Shown: in pieces, positions 63,401 through 64,000 of the stretch
Layout: each line of letters starts with the position of its first letter
Numbering within the stretch: the first letter of the stretch is position 1
Notes under the pieces: model-generated
What the model saw: only the letters and a program-made list of their open reading frames with translations
What the model was told of the DNA's origin: nothing
The model's database searches: none
Program-made: the position numbers and the translations under genes
From: Heptranchias perlo
Lineage: Eukaryota
Assembly: GCF_035084215.1 (NCBI RefSeq)
Contig: NC_090357.1
Span: 7,440,001 to 7,504,000 of the forward strand
DNA length: 64,000 bases
Direction: 5' to 3'

Positions 63401-64000
63401 TCTCATGGTGCACAGCCCTTGTAAGAATCTTACTGTAGCTAATAATTAAAAGTCAGATCCTTAGTCCCTGTTTCAAAGTTATTTTTCTCCCCTTCTTTGC
63501 AACACTTCTTTTCCAGGTCAAGAAGTCAGGCAGGCAACTTTCTCTCAGGCCTCTGCTAATATCGCTCCATAAGCAACTGTCAGAAGGTGCTCAGGGGAAC
63601 TTGGAGATGACCTGTCCTCCAGTTTTCTCTTCTTCCTGAAGAAAAATCACCTTGTCTTCATTGAACACCACTTTCTGATGAACCGGGTGAGATCAGAAAA
63701 ACGCAATGTTGTCAATCATATCAAACTGCGACATCCATTCGGTATCAGATTGTCCACCAACACATGCCACGGGACCACGTTAAACCAGACATCATACTTC
63801 CTGCTCTTTAAAGACATTCTCATTTATGGCAAAGTAGATGGGTAGAGAGATTTTCCCACCAACACACCCGCTCCTGTCCCCCAGTTCTCGAGGCCCCACC
63901 ATGCTGATCACAGAATGAGATCCCATTTTGATTCCTTCCTCTGGGAGCTTTACTTTTCCTACTTACGTGTGATGGTTGTTCCTGGAAGGCAGTAGTGTCC
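384..64000 (-). CDS. Spliced gene, partial at both ends: giant Cys-rich (GCC2/GCC3, ephrin-receptor-like repeat) single-pass membrane protein with PxTG-repeat and coiled-coil cytoplasmic tail; 50 exons, 2931 aa in window
   Basis: 50 exons bounded by AG/GT with matching phases at every junction; lengths sum to 8793 nt with no internal stop; coherent domain order. From memory it resembles the uncharacterised family of zebrafish si:ch211-286b4.4 / mouse Gm9195 (not verified). Confidence 0.88.
1595..1970 (-). mobile_element. Degenerate CR1/HER1-like LINE 3' fragment
   Basis: ggccattcggccc tail plus decayed ORF2 C-terminal coding similar to other copies in the window. Confidence 0.7.
2163..2314 (-). 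CDS. Exon 49: RPFIDIMDAQWTCEGKLVP...VIYRFGIFIVQL
   Basis: cattacag| acceptor, AAC|gtgaga donor, phase 1 to 0. Confidence 0.9.
2495..2665 (-). CDS. Exon 48: DLFILAEEDWANLLAQSPLFKLLKEINEHL
   Basis: tggtag| acceptor, G|gtacag donor, phase 1 to 1. Confidence 0.8.
3075..3440 (-). mobile_element. DeuSINE-like tRNA-derived SINE, internally deleted
   Basis: Reverse complement of head cttggctcagttggtagcactcttg and of the body seen at 50405-50855. Confidence 0.75.
4198..4569 (-). CDS. Candidate optional (cassette) exon, frame-preserving; not counted among the 50
   Basis: Open 124 codons, gttag| acceptor, G|gtaacc donor, phase 1 to 1; sequence has no recognisable motif. Confidence 0.4.
4947..5151 (-). 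CDS. Exon 47: KLTKEHSERQRLLEDTLQQE (coiled coil)
   Basis: cttgcag| acceptor, G|gtgtga donor, phase 0 to 1. Confidence 0.83.
5407..5574 (-). CDS. Exon 46: IKELEAEIEKEQK (coiled coil)
   Basis: tgtgcag| acceptor, GAG|gtactg donor, phase 0 to 0. Confidence 0.87.
6556..6699 (-). CDS. Exon 45: CVEEAERIANELKRFRQARMNELQKQL (coiled coil)
   Basis: ttttgcag| acceptor, AAG|gtgaaa donor, phase 0 to 0. Confidence 0.87.
6740..7090 (-). mobile_element. CR1/HER1-like LINE 3' fragment
   Basis: ORF segment KGLDKVNKEKLFP-TRGHGFK-FFTQRV-WNALP-FKKELD plus gggccgaatggcctccttctgtgctgta tail. Confidence 0.9.
7256..7423 (-). CDS. Exon 44: QVLTEDEDKEMKIL...LLELREERLQEF
   Basis: attccag| acceptor, AAG|gtttgt donor, phase 0 to 0. 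Confidence 0.85.
7511..8148 (+). mobile_element. Penelope-like element 3' fragment (GIY-YIG endonuclease remnant)
   Basis: VYCTRCSRCGLLYVGKT then, after a frameshift, LGDGFAEQLRS...RKLEEHHLIFRLGTLQSSGLN; tail tctgatgaaaggtcatcagcctgaaacattaact. Confidence 0.85.
8726..8908 (-). CDS. Exon 43: LQLQEEQA...RHLRQYILLEQKLEQQQQ
   Basis: gtttag| acceptor, GCG|gttggt donor, phase 0 to 0. Confidence 0.8.
9775..9919. mobile_element. Short MITE with terminal inverted repeats
   Basis: Left ggccctgaattcccttg versus right (reverse complement) ggccctgaatttccttg. Confidence 0.75.
9997..10137 (-). CDS. Exon 42: MENEDLP...LRKELVLQIKEREHLIEEQ
   Basis: Translated by hand; atgtag| acceptor, CAG|gtactt donor, phase 0 to 0. 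Confidence 0.8.
10215..10660 (-). mobile_element. Young CR1/HER1-like LINE 3' fragment
   Basis: Open ORF2 C-terminus YRERLDRLGLYSLESRR-RGDLIEVYKI-TRGH-WNELP; near-identical to 18815-19260. Confidence 0.93.
10864..11061 (-). CDS. Exon 41: EQNSGEAV...LKEDHVGRLSNLLRVQSEERKEQ
   Basis: ctctcag| acceptor, CAC|gtaaga donor, phase 0 to 0. Confidence 0.82.
11700..12295. repeat. Minisatellite, 39-bp unit acatgtggtcaaacactggatgagtacagggctgggggt (about 15-16 copies, 33- and 37-bp variants)
   Basis: Direct tandem repeats without unique spacers. Confidence 0.95.
12581..12876 (-). CDS. Exon 40: ALHVLKLEW...LFRLEASKIVLQEIRKH...YNTLQ
   Basis: tgacag| acceptor (tandem CAGCAG, 5' boundary less certain), CAG|gtacaa donor, phase 1 to 0. 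Confidence 0.72.
12897..13320 (+). mobile_element. DeuSINE-like SINE
   Basis: tRNA-like head, gagggagtgctgcattgtc-ggtgcc-tttc core, L2-like tail. Confidence 0.8.
13596..13664. repeat. Tandem repeat, 22-bp unit cccacctctggctcccttgacc, 3 copies
   Basis: Three exact copies, next to an L2 fragment. Confidence 0.9.
13665..13965 (+). mobile_element. L2-like LINE RT fragment
   Basis: KKPTLNSSVLASYCPMSNLRFLFKGLEHVV resembles the KKP-LD-NYRPISNLPFLSK-LE motif of L2 reverse transcriptases. Confidence 0.75.
14176..14461 (-). CDS. Exon 39: LQEQQREE...MKEVLTDLAKQRR...ELQNKLV
   Basis: caactag| acceptor; donor G|gtatag chosen for phase match (nearby alternatives exist), phase 0 to 1. Confidence 0.78.
14585..15285 (+). 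mobile_element. Non-LTR retrotransposon (CR1/L2 group, second family) 3' fragment
   Basis: YKAQVRRVMEYSPLAW...IQDKAARLI...WNSLP; tail gggcaataaatgccggcctcgccagcgacgcccacatcccatgaacgaataaaaaa; siblings at 36277-36497, 42826-43139, 59598-60022, 1110-1230. Confidence 0.88.
15535..15692 (+). mobile_element. L2-like LINE 3' end
   Basis: gaccaagcttttggtcacctg...gtgaagcgccttgggac...aaaggcgctacataaatgcaagttgttg; sibling at 43195-43360. Confidence 0.75.
15935..16118. mobile_element. Foldback MITE with ggggtagatttt TIR
   Basis: Left ggggtagattttaaacttgcca versus right (reverse complement) ggggtggatgttcaacttgctgcca. Confidence 0.75.
16190..16622 (+). mobile_element. CR1/HER1-like LINE 3' fragment
   Basis: Decayed LEFRRLR-DLIEVFK coding and gggctgaatggcctactcctgctcctatg tail; sibling at 28925-29262 on the minus strand. 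Confidence 0.85.
17368..17461 (-). CDS. Exon 38: RFYIEKHAAETIHLEVTLLTDEMKRICWIMEE
   Basis: Translated by hand; cgtcag| acceptor, GAG|gtgtgt donor, phase 2 to 0. Confidence 0.75.
18807..19590 (-). mobile_element. Young CR1/HER1-like LINE 3' fragment with open 216-codon ORF2 C-terminus
   Basis: RDLGV...LYRALVRPHLEYCVQFWSP...LERVQKRFTRM...RGDLIEVYKI; short tandem tail (ttctatga)n. Confidence 0.95.
20800..20956 (-). CDS. Exon 37: Pro/Ser-rich linker GPGISSRPQAGPTPCPEP...ALTR
   Basis: Translated by hand; ctaaacag| acceptor, AG|gtaagc donor; its only open frame (phase 1 to 2) is the one needed to bridge exons 36 and 38. Confidence 0.72.
21030..21285 (-). mobile_element. DeuSINE-like SINE, internally deleted
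   Basis: Reverse-complement tRNA-like head at about 21250-21283 and tail at about 21030-21115. Confidence 0.7.
21315..22056. mobile_element. Non-autonomous DNA transposon (PIF/Harbinger-like MITE)
   Basis: TIRs tggccaaatcttgctgga / gggccagatcctactgga (reverse complement), flanked by 3-bp direct repeat AAT. Confidence 0.78.
22920..23370 (+). mobile_element. CR1/HER1-like LINE 3' fragment
   Basis: SLEKRLRDDLIEVFKIMKGFD-RGHKYKI-WNSLP; siblings at 44205-44790 and 53710-54150. Confidence 0.9.
23804..23999 (-). CDS. Exon 36: GILFGGIYCFGDYQLI...EMLPLLKQVISLLE
   Basis: gtttcag| acceptor, G|gtaacc donor, phase 0 to 1. Confidence 0.85.
24484..24606 (-). CDS. Exon 35: VKTLLTQEFQ...LEHLRDLAELCAQEAK
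   Basis: ctcacag| acceptor, AAG|gtgaac donor, phase 0 to 0. Confidence 0.87.
24777..24961 (-). CDS. Exon 34: VDKEETEQQLLY...RYQQ
   Basis: atatag| acceptor, CAG|gtgggc donor, phase 1 to 0. Confidence 0.87.
25737..26864. repeat. Minisatellite, 35-bp unit tcatcactcattgtctctactgcctttccatcctc (about 32 copies)
   Basis: Direct tandem repeats; explains the three overlapping ~400-aa ORFs. Confidence 0.97.
26865..27200 (-). mobile_element. Old CR1-like LINE fragment running into the minisatellite
   Basis: Reverse complement reads decayed YEEKLKKLGLF...RRDIIE...TKGHRFK...RKFF. Confidence 0.7.
27641..27782 (-). CDS. Exon 33: VEEKVAALEDTIDLLQ
   Basis: ctttag| acceptor, G|gtaatc donor, phase 0 to 1. 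Confidence 0.87.
28429..28569 (-). CDS. Exon 32: LDALEEELSCRRAYW (coiled coil)
   Basis: gttcag| acceptor, AAG|gtacgg donor, phase 0 to 0. Confidence 0.87.
28925..29262 (-). mobile_element. CR1/HER1-like LINE 3' fragment
   Basis: RLRDDLIEVFKMVKGF-RGHNLKI-WNSLP-FKTEI. Confidence 0.9.
29719..29876 (-). CDS. Exon 31: GLIPITLGARSIDPITGEIGPVVGARIEPQTG
   Basis: ttctag| acceptor, ATG|gtaagc donor, phase 1 to 0. Confidence 0.92.
30779..30949 (-). CDS. Exon 30: GMIPFASTG...IPDPGGSDLEVPILG...MEDPDGK
   Basis: cccacag| acceptor, G|gtactt donor, phase 1 to 1. Confidence 0.9.
31060..31300 (+). mobile_element. CR1/HER1-like LINE 3' end
   Basis: tggaatgcgctgcctgaaagggtgg...gatgggccgaatggcctccttctgta tail. 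Confidence 0.85.
32078..32488 (-). CDS. Exon 29: GVVVPLG...EPLSG...helical insert...NNGGSV
   Basis: cgttcag| acceptor, G|gtaagc donor, phase 1 to 1. Confidence 0.9.
32895..33315 (+). mobile_element. DeuSINE-like SINE
   Basis: tRNA-like head, cttttggatgagacgttaaaccgagg core, tail aaaggtgctatataaatgcag. Confidence 0.82.
33440..33830 (-). mobile_element. L2-like LINE RT fragment containing YADD
   Basis: HRYGISFCMYADDTQL and SAAFDT motifs in adjacent frames. Confidence 0.82.
34063..34398 (-). CDS. Exon 28: PxTG region (CPGTG, DPETG, HPQTG, EKTG, DPNTG)
   Basis: tcctag| acceptor, G|gtaaca donor, phase 1 to 1. Confidence 0.92.
34978..35080. repeat. GA-rich compound microsatellite, interrupted by a CR1 tail (35085-35260) and resuming at 35261-35300
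   Basis: (GA)n with GAGC/GTGC variants. Confidence 0.9.
35727..35954 (-). CDS. Exon 27: PxTG region start (DRLTG, HPQTG, DSATG)
   Basis: tgacag| acceptor, G|gtcagt donor, phase 1 to 1. Confidence 0.9.
36823..36980 (-). CDS. Exon 26: VAGLVEAL...ECQRLNAWAVLGEGLGAQL
   Basis: ttctcag| acceptor, G|gtaaga donor, phase 2 to 1. Confidence 0.88.
37899..38119 (-). CDS. Exon 25: IRVEVERRRQIAVEFEE (helical)
   Basis: ctttcag| acceptor, CG|gtattt donor, phase 0 to 2. Confidence 0.85.
39545..39682 (-). CDS. Exon 24: VKTLYQKLAKETDSLKELW
   Basis: tatag| acceptor, AAG|gtgaat donor, phase 0 to 0. Confidence 0.88.
40270..40409 (-). CDS. Exon 23: DEFWDYEQQIDLEFFSSNTFYQILLKQS
   Basis: Translated by hand; ttttag| acceptor, GAG|gtaaga donor, phase 1 to 0. 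Confidence 0.9.
40885..41077 (-). CDS. Exon 22: LLFRKCSWP...YNFDDYSSKG (cytoplasmic juxtamembrane)
   Basis: Translated by hand; cttcag| acceptor, G|gtgagt donor, phase 0 to 1; basic RK directly after the hydrophobic helix. Confidence 0.9.
41266..41475 (+). mobile_element. Solo LTR (210 bp)
   Basis: Ends TGTTA...TAACA, perfect 5-bp TSD GTGTG (41261-41265, 41476-41480), internal AATAAA near 41408. Confidence 0.85.
42150..42338 (-). CDS. Exon 21: YVRVMPVGGQC...KPNW plus transmembrane helix LVICSLLIASIIMVGVGAGLL
   Basis: tttcag| acceptor, CTG|gtgagt donor, phase 0 to 0; about 24 uncharged residues continuing into LLFRK. Confidence 0.92.
42826..43139 (-). mobile_element. Second-family LINE 3' fragment
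   Basis: Reverse complement of about 14925-15240. Confidence 0.88.
43715..43877 (-). CDS. Exon 20: IENLYNTNSEFDWGGFRDL...FSYRFTQPGVYVFQLSSNPNKKM
   Basis: Translated by hand; ttctag| acceptor, ATG|gtgcgt donor, phase 2 to 0. Confidence 0.9.
43982..44174 (-). CDS. Exon 19: ENMTLP...FSGIFNPTTCIHIGSIIMFTVSNEHYPVYD
   Basis: cttttag| acceptor, AT|gtatgt donor, phase 1 to 2. Confidence 0.88.
44205..44790 (+). mobile_element. CR1/HER1-like 3' fragment split by a nested insertion at about 44370-44553
   Basis: Collinear with 22981-23360 on both sides of the insert. Confidence 0.82.
44986..45090 (-). CDS. Exon 18: EKGFLGVYDPDPKKLKSLLL...NVFP
   Basis: Translated by hand; ttttgcag| acceptor, G|gtactt donor, phase 1 to 1. 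Confidence 0.82.
45428..46045. mobile_element. Non-autonomous DNA transposon (PIF/Harbinger-like MITE)
   Basis: TIRs ggggtagaacttgga / ggcctagaaattgga (reverse complement), 3-bp direct repeat ATT; related internal sequence at about 20140-20685 and 55070-55480. Confidence 0.75.
46464..46581 (-). CDS. Exon 17: VEVSLNHVGRVL...PVHLVETS
   Basis: ctccgcag| acceptor, G|gtgagc donor, phase 0 to 1. Confidence 0.8.
47211..47382. mobile_element. Foldback MITE
   Basis: Left cttcatcacctgggcagtaatct pairs with right agattactgcccaggtggtgaag; deletion derivative at 52435-52553. Confidence 0.8.
47592..47771 (-). CDS. Exon 16: VCTSPADYQGFDGVLGLCLC...CNQECR
   Basis: ttttcag| acceptor, AAG|gtaata donor, phase 0 to 0. 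Confidence 0.9.
48480..48895 (+). mobile_element. DeuSINE-like SINE
   Basis: tRNA-like A/B boxes, ggtgccgtctttcggatgaggcgttaaactgagg core, L2-like tail. Confidence 0.85.
48907..49071 (-). CDS. Exon 15: PSDSRCTCAV...YDICREG...EWAEYCSLK
   Basis: ttcttag| acceptor, AAG|gtctgt donor, phase 0 to 0. Confidence 0.88.
49917..50140 (-). CDS. Exon 14: GHYCPKVS...CRKGTYNP...CFSCGS...CICLRNGQTFQ
   Basis: tttacag| acceptor, CAG|gtgaga donor, phase 1 to 0. Confidence 0.92.
50405..50855 (+). mobile_element. DeuSINE-like SINE, near full length
   Basis: tggctcagtgggtagcac...ggttcaagtccc head, central core, tail gtaaagtgctttgg...aaatgcaagatctttc. Confidence 0.88.
51577..51825 (-). CDS. Exon 13: VIGAIKPVKCPLGY...CPAGYYG...CRAGVVC...CPKG
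   Basis: ttgatcag| acceptor, G|gtatgt donor, phase 1 to 1. Confidence 0.9.
52119..52262 (-). CDS. Exon 12: GYYCSRSMPRLPCPVGYYC...CPVGHYCPQ
   Basis: gttccag| acceptor, G|gtaagc donor, phase 1 to 1. Confidence 0.9.
52965..53124. mobile_element. Foldback MITE, almost fully palindromic
   Basis: agggtaaattccccaatcccatgctctcag pairs with ctgggagcttgggattgggggaaatttaccct; related copy at about 29472-29605. Confidence 0.82.
53170..53298 (-). CDS. Exon 11: GILDCWPCPAGTYG...CDLGRFCPEG...CPAG
   Basis: Translated by hand; ctctag| acceptor, G|gtactc donor, phase 1 to 1. Confidence 0.9.
53710..54150 (+). mobile_element. CR1/HER1-like LINE 3' fragment
   Basis: Highly similar to 22945-23365. Confidence 0.88.
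54873..55004 (-). CDS. Exon 10: GLSDYTRYPCPVAHFC...CPPGTYRDIELGA
   Basis: Translated by hand; cccttag| acceptor, G|gtaaaa donor, phase 1 to 1. Confidence 0.88.
55941..56069 (-). CDS. Exon 9: GYYCPMGS...CPIGTYS...CEPGYRCQTEG
   Basis: ttttaccag| acceptor, G|gtatgt donor, phase 1 to 1. Confidence 0.92.
56440..57000 (-). mobile_element. DeuSINE-like SINE(s), two partial copies
   Basis: Reverse-complement head at about 56940-57000 and duplicated core segments. Confidence 0.72.
57049..57186 (-). CDS. Exon 8: GCTKPLPCPEG...CTMCQAGSVC...ACPPG
   Basis: Translated by hand; ctttccag| acceptor, G|gtacag donor, phase 1 to 1. Confidence 0.9.
57376..57516 (-). CDS. Exon 7: GRYCRGGHIAGLCAAGFLC...CPLGYYCPAG
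   Basis: Translated by hand; ttcccag| acceptor, G|gtgaga donor, phase 1 to 1. Confidence 0.92.
58098..58310 (-). CDS. Exon 6: GAYQPSVGSIGCNPCPAGSYC...CPPYSYC...CPDGTF...CPMG
   Basis: Translated by hand (absent from ORF track); gtacag| acceptor, G|gtatga donor, phase 1 to 1. Confidence 0.92.
58637..58894 (-). CDS. Exon 5: PCPRGTLNP...CFPGYYC...CPAGFFC...CPPG
   Basis: cttgacag| acceptor, G|gtagga donor, phase 1 to 1. Confidence 0.92.
59598..60022 (+). mobile_element. Second-family LINE 3' fragment
   Basis: Near-identical to about 14868-15285; ends about 15 bp from the exon 4 donor. Confidence 0.9.
60039..60239 (-). CDS. Exon 4: GTFSNKTG...CPAGRFC...CPRGHFCEEG
   Basis: ttcctag| acceptor, G|gtattg donor, phase 1 to 1. 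Confidence 0.92.
60445..60850 (-). mobile_element. DeuSINE-like SINE, decayed
   Basis: cagcactccctcagtactgca and ctagattatgtgctca motifs in reverse orientation. Confidence 0.7.
60975..61300 (+). mobile_element. CR1/HER1-like LINE 3' fragment
   Basis: Similar to 62480-62845. Confidence 0.82.
61380..61512 (-). CDS. Exon 3: GQVNCLPCPSGRTC...CPSGHYCPAG...CPIG
   Basis: ttttgcag| acceptor, G|gtaacc donor, phase 0 to 1. Confidence 0.92.
62400..62845 (+). mobile_element. CR1/HER1-like LINE 3' fragment
   Basis: FSLKQRRFRGDLIEVFKIMKGFD-TRGHRFK; tail ttctatgattctgtgattctatg. Confidence 0.92.
63064..63227 (-). CDS. Exon 2: Cys repeats RSLPCDPGYVC...CPAGHYCPKG...CERGYFQPGE
   Basis: ttttctgcag| acceptor, GAG|gtaag donor, phase 1 to 0. 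Confidence 0.9.
63967..64000 (-). CDS. Exon 1 in window (5'-truncated): GHYCLPGTTIT
   Basis: GHYC Cys-repeat motif followed by donor C|gtaagt, phase 1; not in ORF track. Confidence 0.8.

Noticed and set aside
1-64000. Nested plus-strand gene
   Set aside because: Plus-strand ORFs are antisense shadows of exons or repeat-derived; no chain of compatible exons was found.

Overview
Eukaryotic (cartilaginous fish, shark-like, judged from the repeat content) genomic DNA. The whole window lies inside one large intron-rich minus-strand gene whose start and stop are both outside the window. Reading splice sites by hand gives 50 GT-AG exons with mutually compatible phases, summing to 8793 nt or 2931 uninterrupted codons. 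About 14 of these exons are missing or out of frame in the ORF track. The protein looks like a giant type-I membrane protein. In order: many Cys-rich CPxG(Y/H/F)(Y/F)C repeats (GCC2/GCC3, ephrin-receptor-like type), a compact juxtamembrane domain (HYPVYD-NLYNTN-FDWGGF, FTQPGVYVF), one transmembrane helix, a cytoplasmic helical region, about 16 (D/H/E)PxTG motifs, a long coiled coil, and a compact C-terminal domain (PFIDIMDAQW, SSLPTNNYTRNAFRNSFFYQ). Introns hold CR1/HER1-like and other LINE fragments, DeuSINE-like SINEs, a Penelope fragment, TIR/foldback MITEs (two with 3-bp TSDs), a solo LTR and two minisatellites. One minisatellite appears to have been amplified out of a CR1 3' end. All calls are by eye, no database search was run, and repeat boundaries are approximate.
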